Shown in pieces: positions 47,897 to 56,207 of a DNA stretch of 64,000 bases. The notes beneath the pieces are model-generated. The model was not told the DNA's origin. It searched no databases and worked only from the letters and a program-made list of their open reading frames with translations. The position numbers were made by a program, and so were the translations under genes. Numbering within the stretch: position 1 is the first letter of the stretch; the number at the start of each line of letters is the position of its first letter. Source of the DNA: Planctomycetota bacterium (GTDB lineage Bacteria > Planctomycetota > UBA8742 > UBA2392); NCBI GenBank assembly GCA_019636195.1, contig JAHBYA010000016.1, positions 14,972 to 78,971 on the forward strand, written 5' to 3'.

Positions 47897-49189
47897 CTAC
47901 AGGAAGTTCATTGTCTTGCTCACAGGCTGCGACTCCGGAAACACGCCGGCAGCGCTGTGCCCAAGATGATCTTGCAGCACGTGGCGATACACATCGCGGA
48001 AATCGGTGGTGTAGCCCAGTTGCTCGGCGTTGATGTCGCTTGCCGTGGGCGGGTCACCGTACATTCCGCCATTGACCGCGCCGCCCAGCGCAAACACCAC
48101 GCTGCCGTGGCCGTGGTCGGTGCCGTCGCTGCCGTTTTCATAGTTGCGGCGCCCGAACTCGCTGATCACGAGCACGACGGTATCATTCCAGACGTTCATC
48201 GCCTGCAGGTCCGCACGGAAGGCCGCTACCGCGTTGTCGAGGTCATTCAGCAGGTTGGTGTGCATCGGCTCCTGCGCGCTGTGGGTGTCGAATCCGCCCC
48301 AGATGCCGGTATAGAAGACACGCGTGTCCATGCCGCCATACATCAGTGCTGCAATGTCGCGCAGGTTGCCGCCAAGATAGCCGGTGAAGCCGTTGATCGT
48401 GGTCGGGTAGCTCGCCCACGGGCCCGCGGCGTTGTAGTCCGACAGCGCGGTCGCCATCTGTGTCACCGCGTTGTGCGCCGCCAGCTTGGCGCCGGCAACC
48501 TGCCCCGCCAGTCCCGTGGACGGCTGCTTGGCCAGCATGGCGGCATAGGTGTCCAGCCGCAGAATGTGGTTGTTGCCGTACACCCAGTCGGCCTCGTACT
48601 TGAAGGCTCCGACGCTCTTGATCAGCAGCGGGTGGCCGGTCGCGCCGTCAAAGTCGAGCCTGCGGCCCATGCCGATCGAGATCACGCCCGTCGGCGTGGG
48701 CGCATACTGGTTGGCGTAGCGTGCGACCCAGCCGCGCGCCGTGCCCGATGGCAGGTCGATGCTGCGCACGCCGGTGCTCCAGACGTCTTCGCTGACGAAG
48801 TGGCTCAGGTTGGCGTTGGGATATCCAACCTTCTGGATAATCGCCAGTTCACCGGCGTTCCAGATACCCTGAAGTGTGTCCAGCGCCGGGTGCAGGCGAA
48901 AGTCCGACACGCCCGGCCCGCCGGCCAGCGACAGCCCCTGGCCGGAGGTCATGGCAAGCCCCGGGCGGCGCGACAGGTAGTTGGTCGCCGCTGCGCCGGT
49001 GACCGGGAACACGGTGTTCAGCCCGTCGTTGCCGCCGACAAGGTTGATGATCACCAGTCGCTTGTAGCCCGAAAGCGGTGCGGCCTTCACGGACGTGCCG
49101 CGCGGGCCTGCCAGCGCGCCGGTGGCGATCACGCCCGCGCCCGCTGCACACACCTGAAGAAATCCGCGACGTGAATGGTTGAGTTTCAT
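47897..49189 (-). CDS. DUF1501 family protein (Tat signal)
   Basis: SRRGFL, GGNDGLN, NLSHF, GFDTH, SEFGR, GTDHG, DFRDVY. Confidence 0.88.
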   Translation of the reverse strand: MKLNHSRRGFLQVCAAGAGVIATGALAGPRGTSVKAAPLSGYKRLVIINLVGGNDGLNTVFPVTGAAATNYLSRRPGLAMTSGQGLSLAGGPGVSDFRLHPALDTLQGIWNAGELAIIQKVGYPNANLSHFVSEDVWSTGVRSIDLPSGTARGWVARYANQYAPTPTGVISIGMGRRLDFDGATGHPLLIKSVGAFKYEADWVYGNNHILRLDTYAAMLAKQPSTGLAGQVAGAKLAAHNAVTQMATALSDYNAAGPWASYPTTINGFTGYLGGNLRDIAALMYGGMDTRVFYTGIWGGFDTHSAQEPMHTNLLNDLDNAVAAFRADLQAMNVWNDTVVLVISEFGRRNYENGSDGTDHGHGSVVFALGGAVNGGMYGDPPTASDINAEQLGYTTDFRDVYRHVLQDHLGHSAAGVFPESQPVSKTMNFL

Positions 49190-49198
49190 GGCGGTCTC

Positions 49199-50740
49199 CT
49201 ACTTCAGTTGATAGGTCGCATGCAGCCCGTAAATGTACAGCAGCCCGCGAATCTTCTTGTCGCGCTGCGTCGCGTTGTTGATGTCCCAGGGCTGGCTGAT
49301 CACTCCGCCGCTGTTGCGATCTGAATTGATGTACGTGATTGCATCCGCGCGTTGGTCCGGCGTGAGCTGCACCTGCATCAATCGCGCCAGGTAGTCCACC
49401 ACCTGCTGATCTGTGGTCACGCCCGGGGGCAGCAAGGCGCCCGCACTCCAGCCTGACTGGGGCGGGTCTGTGTAATAGACGTTGCAGTCGCGCAGGAAGT
49501 TGGCGCGCTCAAGCATCTGCTGGCTGCTTAGCCAGCCGGTGTGCTTGGGCCATCCGTTCACGGTGGGTGGCCGCGTCGGTTCCTGGCCGCAACGGCGCAG
49601 GCTGAAGTCAATGCGCTGGCTGTTGATGAACAGGCCGGTGGCGCGCATGTAGCCAACGTGATGCTCCAGTACATTCTTGATCAGCGGCTCGCGAGCCTTA
49701 GCACTGAAGAACGCCTTGCTTAGAAAGATGCGGCGGTACAGCGCCTTCAAGTCGAACCCGCTGGCGACAAACCCCTGCGCGAGATCGTTGATCACGATGC
49801 TGCCGGGGTTGCGATAGGCAAAGTACTCCCACAGTTTGCGGCAGATGAAGCGCGCAACGTGCATACCGCGCGCGTCCAGTGTAAGGTCCACGATGTCGCG
49901 GTACTCCTGCTGGCCGTTGCCGGTGACCGTGCGCCCGAAGATGGTCTTGGTGCCGTTGTCGTGGCGGTTGTTTTCCCAGACCACGCGCCGCGAGTGAAAG
50001 CCCGACCCGAACGCATCGTTCCAGAAAACGTTGCGATAGCCCGTGAAGCTGCGTGCAGCCTGCTCAATGTCCTGCTGGGTATAGCCGTTGTCGGCCCCCA
50101 GACTGAACAGCTCCCAGAATTCGCGGGCGAAGTTCTCGTTGGGCGCGGTCACGGTGCTGTCCACGCCGTTCAGCCAGACAAGCATGAGCTGGTCGGTCGC
50201 CATGCGGTGCAGCAGGTCACCGAGGTTGCCGGTGGTGTGGCTGCGCCACAGGTCAATGTGGTCCCACACCCAGTGCGTGGCCGTCAGGTCGATCGCATCC
50301 ACCGATGTTGCAAAGTGGTCATGCCAGAACATCGCCAGCACTTCCTGAAACGGGTTGGCTGTGCGATTCATGATGTACACCCACCAGCGCAGCAGCTCGG
50401 TCAAGCCGGGGTAGCTCATGTCGCTGATTTCCGCCGACGTGGCGGCGTTGATCACCGACGTTTGCGCCGGCATCGACAGCATCCAGTCCACGTAGGCCGT
50501 GTAGCCCTGCGCCTGCACGGTGGCCAGGTCGGCGGGGTTGAAGCCGAAGTGCGTGCGGTTCAGGAAGTGAATGATATCGGCTTCGCTGACGCTGGTGACG
50601 GGCGTGAGGTCAGTATGCGGGCCGGACGACTCGCCGCCGCCTCCCCCACCGCCGCCGTCGGCGCCTCCGCCACATCCGGGGGTAATGGCAATTGCCAGCA
50701 GACAAACAACGACAAACGGGCAACACACAATCCGGAACAT
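49199..50740 (-). CDS. DUF1800 family protein
   Basis: HFLNRTHFG, FWHDHFATS, PNENFARE..ELFSLG, ARSFTG, PPTVNGW. Confidence 0.88.
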   Translation of the reverse strand: MFRIVCCPFVVVCLLAIAITPGCGGGADGGGGGGGGESSGPHTDLTPVTSVSEADIIHFLNRTHFGFNPADLATVQAQGYTAYVDWMLSMPAQTSVINAATSAEISDMSYPGLTELLRWWVYIMNRTANPFQEVLAMFWHDHFATSVDAIDLTATHWVWDHIDLWRSHTTGNLGDLLHRMATDQLMLVWLNGVDSTVTAPNENFAREFWELFSLGADNGYTQQDIEQAARSFTGYRNVFWNDAFGSGFHSRRVVWENNRHDNGTKTIFGRTVTGNGQQEYRDIVDLTLDARGMHVARFICRKLWEYFAYRNPGSIVINDLAQGFVASGFDLKALYRRIFLSKAFFSAKAREPLIKNVLEHHVGYMRATGLFINSQRIDFSLRRCGQEPTRPPTVNGWPKHTGWLSSQQMLERANFLRDCNVYYTDPPQSGWSAGALLPPGVTTDQQVVDYLARLMQVQLTPDQRADAITYINSDRNSGGVISQPWDINNATQRDKKIRGLLYIYGLHATYQLK

Positions 50741-50931
50741 TGCGCCTCCCCGGAAAGCGGACCAGAATCCCAGCCCAATTGTTACCCGTAACGAGCGTTA
50801 ACGCGCGCGTCACGGACAGGTTCAGAAATTCGCCCGGTTTTGTGGCGGAAAGTTCACAGCCGACTGCACCTTGTTTCACGGGTAGGAACGCCATACTCAG
50901 TCTGTTCAAACCAGCCCGCACAAGGAACGTC

Positions 50932-51984
50932 ATGCGCTATCTGCCACTGTTGGCCCTTCTGCTTACTGCCTGCGCCACCCACCAGCGGGTTGAGATCCCG
51001 TCGCTCGGTAAAGCCCACATCGGCCTGAAGCAGGGCTACAAAGCCGAGATCATGTCCCAGGGGCTCATGAACCCCAGCCACATCTCGTTTCAGCCGGGCA
51101 CCGGCCGTCCCACTGTTTGCGACACCGGCAATGGCCGCGTGCTGCTTCTGCGTGCCGGCGGCTGGGAAGCGATAGATGACTTCAAGACGGAGTACTGGAA
51201 GAAGCTGGAAGACGGGCGCAAGTTGTACCAGGTGGGCCCGCTGGCCACGGCTTGGCTGGACGACACGACGCTGCTGGTAACCGATGCCGGGCAAGCCGAC
51301 GGCCATGAGACGATTCGCTGGATTCATGTCCCGCACCAGCGCGTCAACCGCGGCGGCATCTGGGGGTGGATGGACAAGCAGAGCAACAAACTGGAAGCCT
51401 TGGCCGACGAGCCGGGCGACTTCGGCGAAGGCAACCTGACCGGCCTGTGCTTCAGCGACGACCGCAAGACGCTGTACGTGTGCTGCCATGGCAATGACAA
51501 CCGCACCTGGGTCGCACGGATGGATCTGGCCAGTGGCAAGCTTGAGCGCTTCCTGTCCGCTGACGACCATGGCATTGCCGTCAACTCACCGATGCAGGCG
51601 CGCATGTACAAGGGCAACCTGCTCGTGCTCTATAGTGGCGCCGGCGGCAAGGATGACGGCATACTGGTGCACTGGGACCTGAAAGCCCGCAAACCGCTGC
51701 GCCAGTGGGCACTGCCGGGCCTGACTGACCCGATGGGCTTCGCACAGATCCCCGGCAAAGACGAGTTTGTTGTCACTGCGAACAACTGGGAGCTGGGCAA
51801 GGTCAACCCCGGCAAACTTGCGCGTGTGAAGCTGGGCGAAACCGCAAGCATCGAAATCATCGCCGATAAAGTGCCCGGGCCGGTCAACTGCGACTTCGGC
51901 CCTGACGGCCGCCTGTGGGTCACCTGCCTCGGCGAGCAGATCGACAGCGACAAGGGGCTGGTGCTGGCGATCAGCGGTTTCTGA
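50932..51984 (+). CDS. Beta-propeller lipoprotein (NHL/SMP-30-like)
   Basis: Lipobox LTAC; GLMNPSHI, GLTDPMG, FGPDGRLWV blades. Confidence 0.7.
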   Translation: MRYLPLLALLLTACATHQRVEIPSLGKAHIGLKQGYKAEIMSQGLMNPSHISFQPGTGRPTVCDTGNGRVLLLRAGGWEAIDDFKTEYWKKLEDGRKLYQVGPLATAWLDDTTLLVTDAGQADGHETIRWIHVPHQRVNRGGIWGWMDKQSNKLEALADEPGDFGEGNLTGLCFSDDRKTLYVCCHGNDNRTWVARMDLASGKLERFLSADDHGIAVNSPMQARMYKGNLLVLYSGAGGKDDGILVHWDLKARKPLRQWALPGLTDPMGFAQIPGKDEFVVTANNWELGKVNPGKLARVKLGETASIEIIADKVPGPVNCDFGPDGRLWVTCLGEQIDSDKGLVLAISGF

Positions 51985-52149
51985 TCCCTGTGCCGATCGA
52001 TTAAGCAACGCGACCGAGTCTCGTTTCGATTCCGTTATGCCGCTTCGCGGCGCAGTTGGCCCTACCAGCCGACGCGGAATACAATTGAGACCGCGATGCT
52101 TGAGGACGCCTTTGGGGGCCGGTCGTGAACCTTGGAGGAGGCCACGACC

Positions 52150-53433
52150 ATGTTGTACCGAATCGCCCTGATTTTCCTGTTGCCTGCCTGCGCCTGGGCG
52201 CAGATCACCTATGACCTCTCGCCGGGGTCCGTACCAGTTCCGTCATGTGAAGTTGCAGCGGGCACAAGCAACGCAATTGCGTTGTCCTGCGAACTAATGA
52301 ACAACTCGGGTGTGTCCCAGGTTGCCTATCTGAATGAGCTGCACCTGTCCGTCACCGGCACGGCACAGGGCACAGACGTGACCGCCCTGCATGTCTATCA
52401 CACGCGAACCTGGAGCGGCGGTGCAACCACGACCCAGTTCGTCGGCACCTGCACGCTTGCAAACCCTTCCCTGACAGGTTTGACCACCTTGCTTGGCACT
52501 TCGCTCCTGAACACCATTGACGTGATCGTGGACTTCAGCCCGGCAGCGGTTGCCGGGCGCACGCTGCGCATCTCTGTCCAGGCTGTCGGCATCGTCACCA
52601 ATGGCCACACAATTGTCGGCGCCGATGTGGACGGCGGCCTGTTGACGATCGGTTCCAACGGGCCGGCCTCGGTGCTGGTGCACCCCCAACCGACCGGCGG
52701 CAGCGGCGACTACGTCGGCGACATTGACCCAGCCGGCGAATTGCTGACCTACACGCTGCACAACACCGGCGGGCAGACGCTGGACGTTCACTTCGGCCCG
52801 ACGCTGCTGGCCGCCGGCCAGTCAATCGGCAGTTTCAGCGTCGTGCTGCAGCCCGCCGCCCAGGTGGCGCCGGGCGGCAGCACCACGTTCTCGTTCATGG
52901 TCACGCCGATCAGCACCGGATCGGTGACTTTCAGATTTCGGATTGCGGTCAGCGACCCCGTGGCACCAAACTGGGTCAGGACCGTGACTGTGCAGCGCTG
53001 GGTTGCGGGCGGACCTGCGCCGCGCCTGGTGGTAGTGGGACAACCGCAGGACGGAAACACCAACCAGCCGCTTGGCCCGATTGAGGTGCGGGCATGGAGC
53101 GAAAGCGACCACCTGATCGACACTTACAACCAGCCGATCAGCGTAAGCATCAAGTCCGGCCCGGCGGGCGGCACGCTGGCTGGCCAGACAACGCTGACGC
53201 CGGTGGTGGGCATACTGACGTTCGGTCTGTCTTGCACCAAAGCCGGGACCTATGTGCTGGAGTTCAGCGGCTCGGGCCTGCGTAGCGGGGAAAGCCAGCC
53301 GATCGTTGTTTCAGGCGGCGGTGGCGCCAGCGGTGGCGGCGGCCCGGGCGGCGGCTGTGCAACCGGCGTTGCGGCAAGCCCGTTGGCGCTGGGCCTGTTG
53401 CTGCTGTTCCGCCGCAAGCGCGAACGTCGATAG
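52150..53433 (+). CDS. Secreted Ig-like domain protein with C-terminal GC-TM-basic sorting signal
   Basis: Signal peptide, beta-rich Ig-like segments, C-terminus GGGCATGVAASPLALGLLLLFRRKRERR. Confidence 0.75.
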   Translation: MLYRIALIFLLPACAWAQITYDLSPGSVPVPSCEVAAGTSNAIALSCELMNNSGVSQVAYLNELHLSVTGTAQGTDVTALHVYHTRTWSGGATTTQFVGTCTLANPSLTGLTTLLGTSLLNTIDVIVDFSPAAVAGRTLRISVQAVGIVTNGHTIVGADVDGGLLTIGSNGPASVLVHPQPTGGSGDYVGDIDPAGELLTYTLHNTGGQTLDVHFGPTLLAAGQSIGSFSVVLQPAAQVAPGGSTTFSFMVTPISTGSVTFRFRIAVSDPVAPNWVRTVTVQRWVAGGPAPRLVVVGQPQDGNTNQPLGPIEVRAWSESDHLIDTYNQPISVSIKSGPAGGTLAGQTTLTPVVGILTFGLSCTKAGTYVLEFSGSGLRSGESQPIVVSGGGGASGGGGPGGGCATGVAASPLALGLLLLFRRKRERR

Positions 53434-53499
53434 CCGCTTGTTCGCGAACACCGAGGCCGCCTTTGTCGGCTGACCGGAATCTTTCAATCGTTTCAGGTG

Positions 53500-53527
53500 T
53501 TGACAGGTCAATGCGGTGTGCTACTTT
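53500..53527 (+). promoter_or_regulatory. Sigma70-type promoter
   Basis: TTGACA (53500-53505), 16 nt spacer ending TGc, TACTTT (53522-53527). Confidence 0.7.
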
Positions 53528-53544
53528 GCCGCGAGAGGATTCAG

Positions 53545-53595
53545 ATGCAGCGCAATAACAATAATCGTGCCTTGGCTTGTCGCGGAGCGGCATAG
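53545..53595 (+). CDS. Asn-rich attenuator leader peptide MQRNNNNRALACRGAA
   Basis: GAGAGGA RBS, ATG 53545, AAT AAC AAT AAT at 53554-53565, TAG 53593-53595. Confidence 0.8.
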   Translation: MQRNNNNRALACRGAA

Positions 53596-53634
53596 GTCGA
53601 TTGTTGTGAAAAGACCTTCAGCGCCCTGCGACAA
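53577..53634 (+). promoter_or_regulatory. Antiterminator helix of the attenuator
   Basis: TTGTCGCGGAGCG (53577-53589) pairs 12/13 with CGCCCTGCGACAA (53622-53634), the terminator 5' arm and loop; inner stem AGGTC/GACCT. Confidence 0.75.
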
Positions 53635-53654
53635 CGCAGGGCGCTTGTGTTTTT
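53620..53654 (+). terminator. Attenuator terminator
   Basis: AGCGCCCTGCG-ACAA-CGCAGGGCGCT then TGTGTTTTT, ending 11 nt before the tRNA. Confidence 0.85.
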
Positions 53655-53665
53655 GCGCCGGCCAT

Positions 53666-53741
53666 AGGGGTGTGGTGTCAATTGGTAGCACGCCCGGTTG
53701 TTACCCGGGAAGTGGGGGTTCGAATCCCTCCGCCCCTGCCA
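53666..53741 (+). tRNA. tRNA with GUU (Asn) anticodon, atypical body
   Basis: Acceptor AGGGGTG/CGCCCCT, D stem GTGT/GCAC, anticodon arm CCCGG-TTGTTAC-CCGGG, 4-nt variable loop, T arm GGGGG-TTCGAAT-CCCTC, G73 CCA. Confidence 0.9.
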
Positions 53742-53823
53742 GCGGCACGGACTTCCTCCTCCGCACCAACGTGCATGCGAACACGCGTGCCGCAATTGGC
53801 CGGAATCGACCTATACTCGCACC

Positions 53824-55293
53824 ATGCTGCGCGAGCTGTTTTCGGACAACGCCACCCTTACCTGGACGCTGATCGCCGTTGACTGGACGATCCGGCTGCT
53901 GCTGGGCGCGCGCATCATCCTGCGCCGCAGCAGCGTAGGCTTTACGCTGGCGTGGCTGGCGGTCGTGCTGCTGCTGCCCGTGCTGGGCGCGGTCATTTAC
54001 CTGCTGCTGGGCGAACGCCGCCTTGGCACGCGCCGTGCCCGCCGCATCGCCGAGCTGCGCGCGCCCTACGGCCGCTGGCTTGAACAACTCGCCGCCGACT
54101 TTCCCGTCAACCATACCCCGGGCGGTCCAGCCGGTTTGATTCGCCGCCAGGCCCGCGGCGCGGTGGGCATGCCGGTGTTGCCCGGCAATACCCTGGAATT
54201 GATTGCAGACGCCAACCGGTTTCTGGATCGTCTGCTTGCCGACATTCAGGGCGCCGCCAGCAGTGTGCACCTTGAGTTCTACATCTGGCAGCCCGGCGGG
54301 CGCGTGGACGACGTCTGCGACGCATTGGTCAGCGCGCAGAAGCGCGGCGTCAAGTGCCGCATACTGGTTGACGACGTTGGCGGCTCGCCGCTGCTGGGTT
54401 CTGAGCAGCACCAGCGACTGACCGACGCCGGCGTACACGTTGTGCCCATGCTTGAAGTCGGCGTGGTGCGCACAATGTTCGCGCGGCTTGACCTGCGCAA
54501 CCACCGCAAGATCGCGGTAATTGACGGCGCGATCGGCTACACCGGCAGCCAGAACATGGCCGACCCGCAATTGTTCAAGCAAAGCGAGGGCGTCGGCGAA
54601 TGGATCGATGCCATGGTGCGCGTAACCGGCCCAGCCGTTGAAGCGCTGCAAGTGACGCTGCTGGCCGACTGGGAGTTTGAGACCCACGAAGGCGTCGAAA
54701 GGAAACCCGAGCAATACGACGTCAAACGCCTGTCCCCTACCGGCGACGCACTGGTGCAGGTCATTCCGTCCGGCCCGGGGCTGAGCCTGCTGGCGATTCA
54801 GGAAATCATTCTTGCTGCCATGTACGCCGCCGAGTCAGAGCTCGTGCTGACCAGCCCGTACTTCATACCGGACGAAGCGCTGATCAAGGCGCTGCTGTCG
54901 GCGGCAGCCCGCGGGGTGGACGTGACATTGATGGTGCCTCGCTACCCCGACAGCCGCATCGTGAAGTGGGCCGGCGAAAGCTACTTCGAAGAGTTGATGG
55001 AAGGCGGAGTGAAGGTGCACCGCTACGAAGGCGGGATGCTGCACACCAAGGCGATTGTGATTGACCGGCAGATTGCGATGTTCGGCTCGGTCAACCTCGA
55101 CATGCGCAGCTTTTACCTGAACTACGAGATATCGCTGGTCGTGTATGACAAGGACTTTGCGTGCAAGTTGCGCGACCTGCAACAGCAATACCTGAAAAGC
55201 AGCCAGCAGCTTGACCTTGAACGCTGGATGGCCCGGCCGGCCCTGCTCAGATTTGCACAACAGACTGCACAACTGCTCAGCCCGTTGCTTTGA
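53824..55293 (+). CDS. clsA: Cardiolipin synthase
   Basis: N-terminal TM pair, two HKD motifs (NHRKIAVID, LHTKAIVID), SPYFIPD, GSVNLDMRSF. Confidence 0.92.
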   Translation: MLRELFSDNATLTWTLIAVDWTIRLLLGARIILRRSSVGFTLAWLAVVLLLPVLGAVIYLLLGERRLGTRRARRIAELRAPYGRWLEQLAADFPVNHTPGGPAGLIRRQARGAVGMPVLPGNTLELIADANRFLDRLLADIQGAASSVHLEFYIWQPGGRVDDVCDALVSAQKRGVKCRILVDDVGGSPLLGSEQHQRLTDAGVHVVPMLEVGVVRTMFARLDLRNHRKIAVIDGAIGYTGSQNMADPQLFKQSEGVGEWIDAMVRVTGPAVEALQVTLLADWEFETHEGVERKPEQYDVKRLSPTGDALVQVIPSGPGLSLLAIQEIILAAMYAAESELVLTSPYFIPDEALIKALLSAAARGVDVTLMVPRYPDSRIVKWAGESYFEELMEGGVKVHRYEGGMLHTKAIVIDRQIAMFGSVNLDMRSFYLNYEISLVVYDKDFACKLRDLQQQYLKSSQQLDLERWMARPALLRFAQQTAQLLSPLL

Positions 55294-55391
55294 TCTCGAC
55301 CTTGCCCGGTCGTATGCTGGCGCACCTTGCCCCGGAGGCGACCATGGAAAGTCACCCGAAGCAACCGATCAACTAGCGACCCTACGGCAAC

Positions 55392-56186
55392 ATGCACGCC
55401 GGGCCATCCGGCCCGGCAAGCAGCTTTGAAGAAGCCACTCTGCAACGCGCCCACGCCAAGCTTGCGGCTGTGCGCGGCAACACATCCGGTGACGCACCGG
55501 TGGGGTACAATTATGCGGCGGTGATTCCGCTGGCGATTTTGAGCGCCATACCGGGACTGCTGTTTCTCGTCGGCGCGGTGGCGATGCTGACCGACAAGCA
55601 GCCGTCGCCCGGCGGGGCCGCATTCTTCGGGATCGTGGCGATCTTCTTCCTGGCCATGCCGGTGCTGGGGTTGCTGACTTCAAAACCGGACTCGCCGAAA
55701 AGAGCCCTCAAGCAGTTCTATCGCGACGTGGGCCGCGGCAAACATGAACGCGCGTTGAAGCTGGTAACCAACGCGGACAAGGACGGCTTCCAGCGCCGAC
55801 AGCCGCAAATCGGAAACCTTGGCCAGCCGTCCGGCTACCCGTTCCAGTTCGCGAACAAGGAGCAGTTTGCCGGTTTCTGGAACGAGTTGTTGCGTACTCA
55901 CCCCCTGCCCTACTGCTTTGCGCGATTGAGCAACGTTAGCGTAACAGAACACGGGCCGGACGTTGCGATCGTCGAATACGACCTGACTCTGACCATGAAC
56001 ACGCAACTTTGGTTCATGCTGATCCTGATCGCATGGATCATTGCCCTGATCGTTGACCTTGCAACGCGCAAAGTTGTGAAGGTGCGGCTGCGCAAGGTGC
56101 TGGTCAAGGTCGGCGATGAATGGAAATTGTTCAACGGAGAGTGGCAGGGCTACGAAGAAATGGACCTTCGCTGGCTTGGCAACTGA
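55392..56186 (+). CDS. Hypothetical membrane protein, paralog of 37335..38294
   Basis: SPKRALKQFY and KVLVKVGDEWKLFNGEW...DLRWL. Confidence 0.75.
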   Translation: MHAGPSGPASSFEEATLQRAHAKLAAVRGNTSGDAPVGYNYAAVIPLAILSAIPGLLFLVGAVAMLTDKQPSPGGAAFFGIVAIFFLAMPVLGLLTSKPDSPKRALKQFYRDVGRGKHERALKLVTNADKDGFQRRQPQIGNLGQPSGYPFQFANKEQFAGFWNELLRTHPLPYCFARLSNVSVTEHGPDVAIVEYDLTLTMNTQLWFMLILIAWIIALIVDLATRKVVKVRLRKVLVKVGDEWKLFNGEWQGYEEMDLRWLGN

Positions 56187-56207
56187 CCTGCGCCGACAGC
56201 GACCCCG

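Noticed and set aside
53530-53660. T-box riboswitch as the explanation of the tRNA leader
   Set aside because: No T-box consensus (UGGNACC) and the leader is too short for stem I; the RBS, uORF and Asn run fit ribosome-mediated attenuation.
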